Below are positions 14,185 to 28,467 of a DNA stretch of 64,000 nt, piece by piece (the first letter of the stretch is position 1; the number at the start of each line of letters is the position of its first letter). Position numbers and translations under genes: made by a program. Source of the DNA: Octopus vulgaris (lineage: Eukaryota); NCBI GenBank assembly GCA_951406725.2, contig OX597814.1:212908001-212972000 (forward strand), in the 5' to 3' direction. The notes beneath the pieces were generated by a model. The model saw only the letters and a program-made list of their open reading frames with translations. It did no database searches and was not told the origin of the DNA.

Positions 14185-14186
<2 letters not shown>
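13912..14186 (+). mobile_element. PLE-type tail with fold-back inverted arm, between (TA)n tracts
   Basis: Arms 13912-~13997 and ~14045-14129 are near-perfect inverted repeats. A diverged homolog lies at 37553-37740. Confidence 0.75.
13995..14044 (-). ncRNA. type I hammerhead variant with G3-C8 core
   Basis: Minus strand reads tttgtca GTGAACA g gtcgc-ggatttta-gcgac GAA AATATT T tgacaaa: 7-bp stem I, 5-bp stem II, palindromic stem III. Confidence 0.7.
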
Positions 14187-14253
<67 letters not shown>

Positions 14254-14333
14254 TCCCGGGTTGAGTCGGGGTTAACCACAGTAAATAAGGTACTCAATAC
14301 ATAGCAGAGTAAATTAATTTATTCTATAGAAGG

Positions 14334-14384
14334 AGCTTCTACAGGACTAGAACTGTTTCATTCAAAAGAAATCATCAGGAAGCT
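14334..14384 (-). ncRNA. type I hammerhead ribozyme motif (canonical core)
   Basis: agcttc CTGATGA tttc-tttt-gaat GAAA cag-ttctagtc-ctg TA gaagct. Confidence 0.8.
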
Positions 14385-16347
14385 AGTAGACAAGAGTTGT
14401 TTTGCATTTATACATTTAGGCAGGTTTAAATGGGTGGTGGTGGGTGACTTTTTTGGGGGTAGGCATGGCGCAAAAACTGTCATTATAAGGGGAGTGGTCA
14501 AAGGAATCGGTGGTAAAGTAGATAAAAGAATAAATAAAAGAATAAAAAATAAAAAAATATAAATAGAAAAATAGGGTTTTAGGCAAGCAGGGAGACTCCC
14601 ACTTGTACATCCACATATATATATATATACACATATATACACCCGCATATTCACATATATCTATACATATACATACATACCCACACATACGTACATATAT
14701 ATATACATACATATACACACATATATACACACATATATACATACATATATATACATACATACACATACATATACACACATATATATATATATACATACAT
14801 ATACACATATATATACACACACCCATGCACGCACACACAGACACACATATACATACACATACATACATATATGTATACCCACTCGCACAAACATATACAA
14901 ATGCACATACATGCACACACACACACACACACCCTTACTCTCCCATTTTAATTTTATTATTACTACCCCTGTCTATATCTCTATTTTTACTTCCATCTTG
15001 ACCGGTCAATCGGTCTCAAGGGACGATCTAAAGACTCCGTCCATCCGTCTACTTACCTACACGAACGCAAGCACCCACCCACGCCCACACACCCACACGC
15101 ACACACACGTACGTGCCACATCCATACACGCACACATCCACATACACTCACGTACACCCACATACACGCACATATGTATATATGTATATATGTGTACGCT
15201 CGTGTGTTTATGTATATGTAAGTATGTAGAGTTATGTGTATGTGCATGTATGTATGTATATATGCATATGTGCAGATAGGTATATACGTGTATGCTTAGA
15301 TGTATGTATGTATGTTTCCGTCTGTACAAAGGGTAACTGCATGTGTATATATATCTATTATTTATTATTCATTATTTATTACACGAGTATGCGTTTGTAT
15401 GCATGTATGTATTTATGTATATAAGGAGGCGCGTGAGTGTGTGTATGTGTATGCATTTGTATAAACATATGTATGCATTTATGCATGTATGTGCTTGTGT
15501 GTATATGTATGTGTGTGTGTATATATATATATATGTGTGTGTATATATACACATGTATCTACCCTTTAACCCTATACTGTAAGTATATTACTCTCTAACA
15601 TTGGTACGACTCGACTACTCTGTCTCTTTTTCCCCCCTCTCCTACTTTTCTCTGCCTTCACCCTTTTCACTCCCCTTGTTCTGTCTCTTGCCCTCTTTTT
15701 CTTCTCCTCCCTTGTTCCCCTTCTTTCTTTCTCTCTTCCTCCGTCCCTCCTCTCCCACATTTCTCTGCCTCTCAGACCTTATACCCCACTTGACCTGTCC
15801 CTTTCCCCCTCCTGCTTCTCTCTTCATCTGTCCCTTCCTCCTTTTTGTGCTCACGTGACCAGCTAGCTACTACTGCCTTTCGCATCAAGTAGTTGGCTTG
15901 ACCACACGTATGTGTTTGTGCTCCGTTTGCCTTCAGGCATTTTTACCACAGCCAGCCCTATACTCAACTCGTCCTGTCGAAAGACGCTTGTCCTGACGTC
16001 CTGGTTTTGTTATGATTGTTTTTACGTTATTTTGTATTTTTATCTGTGCTTTCTTTATTGTTTTTACGTATTTTTGAATTTTTTTTTTCGAGTAACATCG
16101 TCCGTTTTTCCGTCACCGTGTTGTATACTTTCGAGGTTTTCTTCCAAGGAATCTAATGCGATTGGCTTAGATTTCCCTTGGTTGGCTGCCCAGATTGGAG
16201 CAATCTCAAGATTAATCAGCCGAAATTGCGAAGATGATCTGGTTCTTGACTGATGACTGAGAGCTTCGAAAGTCCCGTCTGTGTGTTTTTTTGCCGTCTT
16301 CAAAATGTTTCACGTTCTTGTCCCAGTTTGTGTTTTGTTAACGTTTA

Positions 16348-16404
<57 letters not shown>

Positions 16405-16473
16405 GTATGTATGTGTATATGTGTGTGTATGTGTATGTGTATATATATATATGTGTAGATGTGTGTGTAAATG

Positions 16474-16504
<31 letters not shown>

Positions 16505-16568
16505 ATGTGTGTATGTGTATATGGATGTGTATATATGTGTGTGTGTATGTGTGTATATATATATATAC

Positions 16569-16599
<31 letters not shown>

Positions 16600-16769
16600 T
16601 GTGTACGCTTGTGTGTTTATGTATATGTAGGTATGTAGAGTTATGTGTGTATGTATGTATATATACATATGTGTAAATAGGTATATATGGGTATGTTTAT
16701 ATGTATGTATCCGTTTGTATAATGGGTAACTGCACGTATATATATTTATAATTTTTATTATTATTATTA

Positions 16770-16804
<35 letters not shown>

Positions 16805-18141
16805 TGAGTATGCATGTATGTGTGTATGTATATGCCTGTATGCATGTATGGTTTTATGAACATGGGGAGGCGCGTGTGTGTGTGGATGTGTGTGCATGTG
16901 TGTAGACATATGTATACATTTATGCATGTATGTACTTGTGTGTATATGTGGATGCGCGCGTGTGTGTGTGTGTGTATGTGTGCGCATGTATATGTGTATG
17001 TGTATGTGTGTATATGTGTATATATTTTCATAAAGCTTCCCTTTTTATTTATATATATATATATGTGTATATGTATATGCATGTGTGTGTGTATATATGT
17101 GTGAGTGTGTATGTGTATGTATATGTGTATGAGTATATATGTATATATATATGTGTATATGTGTATGTATATGTATGTATGTGTATGTGTGTGTGTATGT
17201 ATGTGTGTATATATATTGGTTGGTGTATGTGTATGGACTGGTCTTCTGTGAGTGTGTTGAGGCGTGTATGTGAATATACGTGAATGTGTGTAGATGTATG
17301 CGTGTATGAATATAACACATGGACTGGTCTTCTGTGGGTGTGTTGGGGTGTGTGTGCGTGTATGTGGGTGTACGTGAGTGTATGTGGATGTGTGCGTCTA
17401 TGGATGTGGCACGTACGTGTGTGGGTGTGTGGGCGTGGGTGGGTGCTTGCGTTCGTGTAGGTAAGTAGACGGATGGACGGAGTCTTTAGATCGTCCCTTG
17501 AGACCGATTGACCGGTCAAGATGGAAGTAAAAATAGAGATATAGACAGGGGTAGTAATAATAAAATTAAAATGGGAGAGTAAGGGTGTGTGTGTGTGTGT
17601 GTGTGCATGTATGTGCATTTGTATATGTTTGTGCGAGTGGGTATACATATGTGTGTATGTGTATGTATATGTGTGTCTGTGTGTGCGTGCATGTGTGTGT
17701 GTATATATATATGTATATGTATGTATATATATATATGTGTGTATATGTATGTGTATGTATATATATGTATGTATGTATATATGTATGTATATATATGCGT
17801 GTATATGTATGTGTATGTATGTATATATATATGTATGTATGTGTGGGTATGTATGTATATGTATAGATATATGTGAATATGCGGGTGTATATATGTGTAT
17901 ATATATATATGTGGATGTACAAGTGGGAGTCTCCCTGCTTGCCTAAAACCCTATTTTTCTATTTATATTTTTTTATTTTTTATTCTTTTATTTATTCTTT
18001 TATCTACTTTACCACCGATTCCTTTGACCACTCCCCTTATAATGACAGTTTTTGCGCCATGCCTACCCCCAAAAAAGTCCCCCACCACCACCCATTGAAA
18101 CCTGCCTAAATGTATAAATGCCAAAACAACTCTTGTCTACT

Positions 18142-18192
18142 AGCTTCCTGATGATTTCTTTTGAATGAAACAGTTCTAGTCCTGTAGAAGCT
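18142..18192 (+). ncRNA. type I hammerhead ribozyme motif (canonical core)
   Basis: Identical to 14334-14384, with 6-bp stem I. Predicted GUA cleavage after 18186. Confidence 0.8.
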
Positions 18193-18626
18193 CCTTCTAT
18201 AAAATAAATAAAATATATATATATATTTCTGTGAGAGTTAGAGTTTGGGAAACCAATACACTGTATTGTTAACTGTTTATTATATGTATTAGCCCTCATA
18301 ACCACTTAGGCCTTCTGAAGAAGCCTAGGGGCACCGTCATCATCCACACTTTATCTGCCCATCCCTACAGAACGCTGAAGAGATGGAGATAGCATGGAGG
18401 ATTGCGTTGCCTCTTGGCAGAAATGGCCGTAACGAACTGATCTTTTGCTCTTTTCTGTGATAATAATACATGTATGTGTAACACATAGTTACTACATGTG
18501 TATGTCTTCTAATAATTTTTAATACTGTGGAATAAATAGACACACCGGATGATGTATGTCGTTTTGTAGCCTCTCCATTTTCTTATTTGTCGTATATATA
18601 TATGTGTGTGTGTGTGTTTATATATA

Positions 18627-18659
<33 letters not shown>

Positions 18660-18829
18660 CTATATACACACACATAAGGATAAGCATATTAAAAGGAGTC
18701 CGTGGGAAAACTCATTTAAATAAAAGGGTTGGAAACCATTGTTGGGGACCACTGCGAAGAGGTTGGAAACCCATGAACTAGTACATTGCATTTTTTCAGT
18801 TCGTTTGCATCATTTCTGCGTTCAATATT

Positions 18830-19375
18830 AGGTCGAGTTTGTCTTTCATCCTTTTGAGGTCAATAAAATATGTACCAGTTGAAAACTGAAGTCGATGTAA
18901 TCGACTTACCCGCCACCCAAAATTGCTGGCCTTATGCCAGAATTTGAAATCAATATTAAGTAGCATATAAGGCGGTGAGCTGACAGAAACGTTAGCACGC
19001 CGGGTGAAATGCTTAGCGGTATTTCGTCTGCCGTTAAGTTCTGAGTTCAAATTCCGCCGAGGTCGACTTTGCCTTTCACCCTTTCGGAGTCGATTAAATA
19101 AATACCAGTTACGCACTGGTGTCGATGAAATCGACTTAATCCGTTTGTCTGTCTTTGTTTGTCCCCTCTGTGTTTAGCCCCTTGTGGGTAGTAAAGAAAT
19201 AGGTATTTTGTCTGCCGCTACGTTCTGAATTCAAATTCTACTGTGGTCGACTTTACCTTTCGTCCTCTTGGGATCGATGAAATAAGTACCAGTTGATCAT
19301 TGGGGTCGAAGTAATGGATTTATACCTTCTCCTGAAGTTGCTGGACGTGTACCAAAATTTGAAATGAATATTTAT
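18830..19375 (+). mobile_element. SINE family C cluster (full copy 18970-19203 plus partial tandem units)
   Basis: ggcggtgagctgacagaaacgttagcac...gagttcaaattcc head and gcctttcatcc..gtcgat..aagtaccag body. Homolog at 55223-55451. Confidence 0.85.
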
Positions 19376-22309
19376 TAGTATGATTTTTTTTATAATTTAC
19401 AAGAATAACTTACTTTCCATTTTCATTAGAATGTTAAGCTGACTGGAATATCATTTGAAACATTTAGGTTACACCCAATGTATTTGCTACTTTTAGAGCA
19501 TATTCTAATTAACATAAAAACGTATCAGGTCACCAGCAGCGTACTATACCCTATGAAGGGTTGATGTTATTGCATGCTATGACGCTGTCTGTTATACTTG
19601 GCTGTCATTGTCTGTCGTTGTTTGTCATATTTGACTGCGAATACAATACTCAAATGCCGAAGCTTTTGGAAGTTTTAAACTTACTTTTGTGAACTCATGT
19701 AACTGGCGTAAATACAAAAACTGGCAACGGAGATTTACAGTTCTAATCATCAGCAAAGAAAACTAATATAAAGTATCTAATAATCATGTAAATCTTGACA
19801 GATCTTAAGAAAGTTAGACATATTTATTACAATTTAACTCAAAACTGCTTATACAAGACACTAAATATAAAGTGGTTAAGCGAAATTTTCTTGCATTATG
19901 TGGCATGAATGCGATCATTAAATAGCAAAGATGGCTTATATGCTACAAGAATTTAAGATTATTCATTTGAAGATTGAAGATTTAAAACGTGCAGCCAAAA
20001 TAAATTTCATTAAACGTAAAGGAAGACCTATTTACACTGGTTAAAATGTTTGACTCTTAATCAAAAGCAAGGAAATCGACGAATGAAATGCTGCTAAATG
20101 ATTCTACATGTAAAAATGCGCACTCAAAGATAACACAGAAACGTTGTTTGTTTCGTTTTATTTTTCACAAACAGAAACTACTTTTGCTCAAAGATAAAGA
20201 TTCTCAATTAGCTAAGAAATTCGGCTTAAGTGTCGATTTCAGATTTAGTTAGCTCTGTGGTAATGATACAGTTTGGGTGAGCAGTTACTAACACGTAAGC
20301 ATTGTATATTATGAGCCAGGATTCTTGTGATAGGATGTCCACTTAATTACCTGTAGCAGATTAACAATATATGAAAAAAAAATCATGGAACAATTGTCCT
20401 TCCGCCTAACAAATATTGTGATAATTGTGCCATTCAGAAAGATCGACACACCAAATCTATTGTATTCATCTAGATCTGTCGTATGCCAAATAGTGTAATA
20501 ATGAAGAAAAAAATATATGCAACTTATGGAAATTGTATCTGGTTAAGGCTAAATTACACGCACACCTACTTGAAATTCTATGGTTTAGTGACACAACAAA
20601 TTCCATAATTCTTCCTTGTTAAACATTTATCATTAAACATCCTGTTTACTAAATTAAATTTAATATCTCAGAATTTTCAAAATTACACTAGTTGAGATTT
20701 GTAAGCAAATTTCTCAGTGGATTGAAGGCAGGCTTCTCATTGCATGAATACAAAATGATTCATTTCATTCGTAAAACATTATCAGTATTCTTCCTATTTT
20801 CATAGTTTTCTTTACAAATGCAGTACATTCTAACACACATGTTGAGGATCTAATTGTTACTAATTCACAGAAACTTTCAAATATCATGTTAATGCATATT
20901 CAGGTAAGGGTCGCGTTCAGATAGAAATGATCTATCTATAATAATTATTTGAAAAAAATTAACCAAAAAGCTGAAACAAACAAAAGCATGCTAACATCCT
21001 CCATAAAAAAGGTACTTATTCTCAGATATTTAATTTCAATACGTCTGCCTGCAATTCATGCTGTACACATGAATTTGCATACTGATATATTGCTCAAATA
21101 GCAACAGTTGAAAAGCTTATGTATAGGGCATCCGTACAAAATTTAAGGAAAGCGTGATTCAACGTTGTGAAACAAAATCTCAGTATCTTCCTGTAAAATC
21201 TTGGAAAATGTAAGGAAGTTTCTCTGTTGCATCGTCTCTATATTTGACGTTCTGACGACAGCGGAGAGCCATACGAATAATAAATGGATATGCCAGTTCG
21301 ATTGGAAAGATTAATGGCTGCTTGCTATAATTTTTGTTTTCTGTTTTTCAGCCATCAGTGTTTTTGATAGAAGCAAGTGAAATTTCCTGCAATACAGTGT
21401 AGCGCACCAGTAATTACTTTTCACGGAGTTCTTGCGTTATCTTTTATAAATTTTTGCAGACACACTATCTGGGTTATATTTAGATGTGAAAAGACTCGTT
21501 GTCGCTTGAAAAAACATAATTTAAATATGCTTTCCAAGTATGGCTAATTGTGTTAATTCCACAACTGCTCCGAGCACCGAGCATGTTCGCATCTTCATCC
21601 TACGTAGAGGTGCCACGAAATTTCGTAAACTCCCTTGCTAATATTAATTATCCACAATATTCTATACTACTTCCGCTACTGGACCCTGGTTCATATTAAG
21701 ACCTAACGAATAATAGAGTACCATTTCATTTCCGATTTACAATCGCAAAAGACGCTTCGATATAATTATTATCTTTTGTACTTGGAGAAATATAATATTT
21801 AAAAGCACGCGGGCAACATCTGCCTGCTGTGTCTGTCTACAGCATCCATGATATCTTTCCATATCTTTATAGAAGAAATATTTTTTCAGTTGTTTTACAG
21901 GCGAGATCTTGATCGGGATCAAAAAATGTAACATTTAGCTCAATCTCATATTGTGATTTTGAATAACCTTCGTGTTTTATGATAGCTAGTTTATAGAAGC
22001 CATCTGATGTTATGAAATTACTGTTGCAGACTTTTGTAATTATTGTAAACAGAGGAAAATTAGTGATGTTTTCTGACATTTACTAACACTTAAAAGAAAA
22101 TGTAATTAATGCACATTTTTTTTTTATCAAATGATGTCAAATAAATTATTTTATTCGATCGTTGCACTTGATAGCAATATTCGTACTAAATACTCATTAC
22201 CATTTCCAAATAATCATTCTTGTTATTATTTTACTACAACAAACACCACGACCGATATTATTACTACCACTATTAATATTAAGAGCAACAACCACAGCCA
22301 TAACAATAA

Positions 22310-22392
22310 CAACAACACAATAATGATAATAACAATAACAATAATAATAATACTAATAATAATACTACTGCTACTACTACTACTACTACTAC

Positions 22393-22452
<60 letters not shown>
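22310..22452. repeat. (TAA)n/(TAC)n trinucleotide microsatellite
   Basis: Read directly from the sequence. Confidence 0.95.
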
Positions 22453-22453
<1 letters not shown>

Positions 22454-23059
22454 TCTAATGTAATTGGCTTTACTTTATTATTATTTATTGATTGAAGTGT
22501 TGCTAATTATTTGAAGTTTATTCACTAATCAATCGGTAAATAACAACATTCCCCAAACTCTGAAGATGAAATTGCCCAAAGTTAATAAACCATGAAAAGT
22601 AGACGATGAGAATAATTAATGTAATTCTATACGGTTCACTTAATGAGAATTTGATTTTTTATTGTCTTTATGTGATTAGTAAAATTTAGCGAAGCCTTAT
22701 TATACCTATTAAATTAAGAGAGAAACGTAATTATCCTAATACTCGCAATTCTAAATTGCATTTCAATTTAATTTACATTGGAATAATTTCTCACGTACGT
22801 GTATGTCTATTCTAATTACTTTCATATTGTTTTCCTATTTCAGCTTTCATAGCAGTCCATGAGAACTTTAAAAAGGAAATGACGGTGATAAATTTCGATT
22901 GCAATCGAGAATATGAATCTGTATCCTGATAGAGTGATTGAAAGAATAGTCAAATCGGGAATGAATTCAGAATGAAGGTCGAGGAAAACGCAACTAAATT
23001 ACAATGTATTTATTTTGCTGATCGACTGCCTCAAAACGAAAAAGATATGAGATTATAAA

Positions 23060-23462
23060 CAGGAGTGGCTGTGTGGTAAGTAGCTTGCTAACCAACCACA
23101 TGGTTCCGGGTTCAGTCCCACTGCGTGGCATCTTGGGCAAGTGTCTTCTACTATAGCCTCGGGCCGACCAATGCCTTGTGAGTGGATTTGGTAGACGGAA
23201 ACTGAAAGAAGCCTGTCGTATATATGTATATATATATATGTGTGTATGTGTTTGTGTGTCTGTGTTTGTCCCCCTAGCATTGCTTGACAACCGATGCTGG
23301 TGTGTTTACGTCCCCGTCACTTAGCGGTTCGGCAAAAGAGACCGATAGAATAAGTACTGGGCTTACAACGAATAAGTCCTGGGGTCGATTTGCTCGACTA
23401 AAGGCGGTGCTCCAGCATGGCCGCAGTCAAATGGCTGAAACAAGTAAAAGAGTAAAAGAGTA
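23060..23462 (+). mobile_element. SINE family B
   Basis: Near-identical to the 7813 and 24493 copies. Confidence 0.92.
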
Positions 23463-24492
23463 AACTATTAATCTATATATTAATCTATCATTGTATCAAA
23501 TTTGAAAATTCTGAATATCTAAATGGAACAATCCACGAATACTGAGCAGTGTTGTGGCGTGACTCATATTTCTGAAATATTATTATTTGCGTCTTTCTTT
23601 GATTTATATAATTTTTATTTTCAAATAGAATTCTTTGTCTACTTCAGTTCAAATCAATAATTTTAGAATGCTATGACATTTCATTTACGTTTTCGGTGTG
23701 AAATTGTCTGTCGTGATTCTGTTGCAGAGTCACTGGCGTACTTCTACCCCACGCACTTCAAACATAGTCAATGACAAGCTCTTTTAAACCTCAACGCTTT
23801 CTCTCGCGCTTTCTTTCTTGCTTCACTTACTTGCACATGAATATTTTATTCACTTTTATAATCAAGAAGTGACTAATGACAACTCATACTAGAAGATTCT
23901 AGACATTATTTCTTGTCTTATTACAATAATGTATATTTTATTATCTCCATAGCGAATTGATTTATCTTGCATTTTCCGCTTTCATTTTTGTCATTCTTGT
24001 CGTATCGCCTTTATATGCCATGATAGTTAACTTTGAATTTATGCAGACCATGTATGTAATACATAAATATGAAGTACTTTCACACATTTTTATGGAAACG
24101 TCTATATAAATTACTTTCTTGGTATTCAAAATAAACTGGATATATCGACAAACATATAAAATTGGTATATAATGTTCAATAAATAAAAAATGTGCTTTTG
24201 CTCTCAGTTGCTATTGACAGAAGGAGGCTAAAGCCAGATAAGGAGATGCAGTCTATGGCAGTCCGATAAGTTAAACGTACACGGGGGAAAGCGATTTAAG
24301 TAGTGGAAGCTCACGTATATATACAGGATTACATACGAGTACAAACAGGTAGAAGTGATATAACAGGTTAATTAATGACCTAACAAAACACAACACTGTT
24401 TGTGTCCGGAAGACTACTTTTAAACCATTTGGATATTAAAAATAAAGGATATAATGTCCTGAGAAATTCATCATGAATAAAGGAAAGAAAAT

Positions 24493-24664
24493 AGGTGCAG
24501 GAGTGGCTGTGTGGTAAGTAGCTTGCTAACCAATCACATGGTTCCGGGTTCAGTCCCACTGCGTGGCATCTTGGGCAAGTGTCTTCTGCTATAGCCCCGG
24601 GCCAACCAATGCCTTGTGAGTGGATTTGGTACACGGAAACTGAAAGAAGCCTGTCATATATAAG

Positions 24665-24697
<33 letters not shown>

Positions 24698-24915
24698 TTG
24701 TGTGTCTGTGTTTGTCCCCCTAGCATTGCTTGACAACCGATGCTGGTGTGTTTACGTCCCCGTGACTTAGCGGTTCGGCAAAAAAAGACCGATAGAATAA
24801 GTACTGGGCTTGCAAAGAATAAGTGCCGGGGTCGATTTGCTCGACTAAAGGTGGTGCTCCAGCATGGCCGCAGTCAAATGACTGAAACAAGTAAAAGAGT
24901 AAAGAGTATAGAGTA
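24493..24915 (+). mobile_element. SINE family B, full length
   Basis: Same head, body and (GAGTAAA)n tail as the other copies. Confidence 0.92.
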
Positions 24916-25746
24916 AACTATGCTTCTGGTTTCAATTGTAAGAAAATTTAGTCATGCAACTGGTAAAAAAAACGTCATGTAAATTGAATTAAATGTATTT
25001 TTCGTTAGAATACTTTTGAAAGTTCAAATACTTTCTTGCAATATTCACAAAATACACATAACAGTTGTTATTAATCTCTTTCTGATGACAGCAAGGTCAT
25101 ATTAGATGTAGTAACAGTTTTAGCACTGGCAGTTGTCTATTGTTCATTGCTGTAAATGTTGATCTTACAAAGAATAAGTCGTAGAAATCATATACAGTGA
25201 CAGTAGTAATAGAAGTAGGTACTATGTTAGTGATCATAGTTGTACTAGTAGCTGTATCAGCCTTATGAGTAGAATCAGCAGTAGCTGCAGTAGCGGCTTA
25301 GCCAGAAGTTGTATTATTAGTGGCGGAAATGCTAGCAGCCGAAGATGTTGTCGAAGTATTTGTTCCTCTCCTTCAGTAGCATTATATGTAGTCTTAACAG
25401 CAATAATATTTTCTGTCCAACAGTCGTTAAGAATTGGTTGTATTTCATTATAAAGATTGTTTCATTGTTCATACATTGCTGTTCCTACATCTAATTACAA
25501 TTGCGATGATGGCATAGAATTCTCCAGAAAATTGTGACGCGCATAAGAGTTTTACGGCAAGAATAATTGATTAATCGATAGTTAAAATCAACAGCGACTA
25601 TACTCCACACAAAACAAGAATTGGGAACAAAAGCCTTGAAGATTCTGTAAATAGATATGACACATGCAAAGTAATAATTTTTTAAAAAGCAGCAATTAGG
25701 CTTCAGCAAGAATGAATTGGACAAGATATGCAAGTTTATAAAATGA

Positions 25747-26117
25747 CTAGCAGTATCGCCCGGCGTCGCTCGGGTTTGTAAGGGAAATAACTATAAAGCA
25801 TTTTTAGAGAGTTATAGCCAAAAAATGGAAAAAAATTATGGTAAATTTTTTTTTTAGTTAAAAAGGTCGAGTTGCGTCCCCTAGACAGTCTGTGGTTTGT
25901 GTTTCTGATTCTCGACCCCATGTCGAATTTATCGATTTTTTTCAGAACTGGGGGAACTTTTCAAAATTTTCGCTGCGTTAGTTTTGAATTATGACATTGG
26001 GCTATGTGTGTGTCAAGTTTCATCAGAATCGGTTGAAAGCCGTGGTCAGGGTGAGTGTACAACCTGACAGACACACAGAAACACACACAGACAAACTACC
26101 GTTTATATATAGAGAGA
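25747..26117 (-). mobile_element. non-autonomous Helitron
   Basis: Minus strand runs 5' TC ... cccgagcgacgccgggcgatactgCTAG 3' in an A|T target. The 3' end is shared with 9370-9748. Confidence 0.85.
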
Positions 26118-27094
26118 TAAAGAATTAAAAATTAACGAGGGCGATAACACACTTTAAAAGTCTTGACGGATACAGAATAGAAGAAATGTCACGTGACTTC
26201 TACACTCCTCAAGAAGTAATGAGAAAACGTAGAATATAATATAACTTAAACCGAAAACGTCTCGGCTTTAAAAAGAACTACTCTAGATTCAACTATAAAT
26301 CTATATAGATTCTTTTATTTCACAGAGTTTGAGAAAGTAAATATGTCATGCGAAAAAACCACACACATATTCATGAATATTCTTTCAACAAATGAGCTGA
26401 AATAATGACCAATAATACATGGTCATTACATTTTGTTTACTGTATGAAGTCACCGACTAAATAACGTTTTAGGCATCCTGCTCAAGTCATTTCTGAAACA
26501 ACTTGGAGGTTTTATAAGAGAGGACCTAAATATGCTAAATCATGTTCAACAAAAAGGTAATGAAACAACTTGGTAGCTTTCGATTTAGTAAATCTTTATA
26601 CAAAATTACATGCATTTTAAACCGTAAAATACATAGATACCGGTACTAAAATCAACATACACACATACATTCAAATGCCATAAAAATAAATAAATAATTG
26701 TCTCAAAGAATAAACCGATATACGGAATATAAACATCCACATTGATCCATAAACGCAAGACCACATAACATAACGACACCCTGAAAAGCAATATAACACA
26801 TCATTGCGCAGACATACGCAAACGCAGCACACGTAGAAGCAATCTCACAAAATGTCATTATCACCATATCATCATCATTGTCATCAACATCGTAATTATC
26901 ATCTTTAACAACAAAGTATAAACCACGCATTCATATACACACACGAATAGTACTAAGGGTGGTATGAATGTGGCGCAGGAGTGGCTGTGTTCATCATTAA
27001 ATGTTATCATCCATCTTAAATAATATTAATTTAAAGATATTTTAACCTCAAATAACCCCTGTCCATTTTTATTGTGTAATAAAATTTGTATATG

Positions 27095-27285
27095 TTAAGA
27101 ATTTATGGTGAAGTAGGAAATATATTTTATTTAAAATTTCTACATAATATTACGAAAAAATAAATAAGTATATATTTTATTCAGACACTAAATTCATTAA
27201 AAAACTTTTAATCAACGATTCATTAATTCCCTAGTTTCTGTTAAATACGCCAAAGTTAAACAAATGTATAAAGTTACGATTATTA
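27095..27285. repeat. dispersed copy of the terminal repeat at 34619-34968
   Basis: taagaatttatggtgaagtaggaaatatat...ttcagacactaa matches 34619-34716 directly and ~34800-34968 inverted. Confidence 0.7.
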
Positions 27286-27633
27286 TAAACTATAATATTT
27301 TTCCTAAAATGAATCAAATATATAAATTAAGTATGAGAATTTTATTTAGTTTTACAGAAGTAATTAAATTAGAGTTAGCCAATAGTTTTATTATCTAATC
27401 ATTTTTTATGTACATACAATTTCGAAAGAACATAATATGATGATAGATACTAAATATTATAGGGTTTACAAGAAATATTGATATATCCACAATTATTCAA
27501 AAATATATATAATTTTATTTAAGAATTATTGTAATCTATTTATGCGTACTAATATAAACATTATGCTTAATAAATAACAAATAACATAAATAAACTCAGT
27601 TTATCAGAGGAAAACATCACTGTAAATCAATGG

Positions 27634-27700
<67 letters not shown>

Positions 27701-28467
27701 TTCATTGCTTTCGGAAATATAACCGGAAATACGTATCTCCAATAGAAATGATTTTTATTACGATAGGGTGTATTTAAAAATTATTTATGTATTATTCTTA
27801 TTCAATTAAATGTATATACTTTTAATCATTATATATAAAGATGATGGCATAATTAAAACTTATATCTTAAATTTTACTACGTATATAGTGATATGGTTTA
27901 CACTTAAGTCAAATATACTATGGTATTTAAAACTAAATTTATTAATTAATCTACTGAAATATTATAAATATCCTCATCAATATACTAATTTAAAGCTACA
28001 AACCATTCAGTATAAATAAAAAAGTTACAAGTTATAAAGTTCGTGAAAAAATCACAAGGAAACAAAAAATGTTCACGTCATTTTCTATAAATTCCAAATT
28101 TTACCACAAACTAATGCACCAATGAATTTTTTAAATCTAAAACATAGTATCACTATTTATTCCTCATTCGTTAATATATTTATCCATTTATTTATTTAAC
28201 ATGTATACAAATTCAAATATATATATAAGCATAAATACATGTGCACGTATACATATATATATATATATATCTATATCTATATACATACATATACATATAT
28301 ATATACACATATATATATAGCCAGGTGCCACTCACATGTACATATGCAACGTATACACATATACACATAGACATACACATAAATCATATATATATATACC
28401 TACATAAATATACATATATGCATGCATATACACACACATATATAGATATACGCACACACATCTATAA

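Larger units (their letters stand above)
14251..18209. mobile_element. non-coding PLE/retrozyme-like composite bounded by ~850-bp inverted repeats
   Basis: 14318-15171 is the reverse complement of 17352-18209. 15190-15550 repeats directly at ~16600-16990. A hammerhead lies near each end and (TA)n flanks it. Confidence 0.75.

Noticed and set aside
16245-16282. CTGATGA...GAAA motif
   Set aside because: No credible stems I-III, and the related copy near 51660 is truncated before this motif.
18306-18335. CTGAAGA inside a small hairpin
   Set aside because: There is no downstream GAAA or stem III, so it is not a hammerhead.
20980-22080. Possible decayed DNA-transposase coding region (minus strand)
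   Set aside because: It has coding-like composition but no motif I can assign with confidence; needs blastx.
26440-26570. Tc1/mariner-like HTH fragment (ISETTWRFIREDLNM)
   Set aside because: Too short and degenerate.
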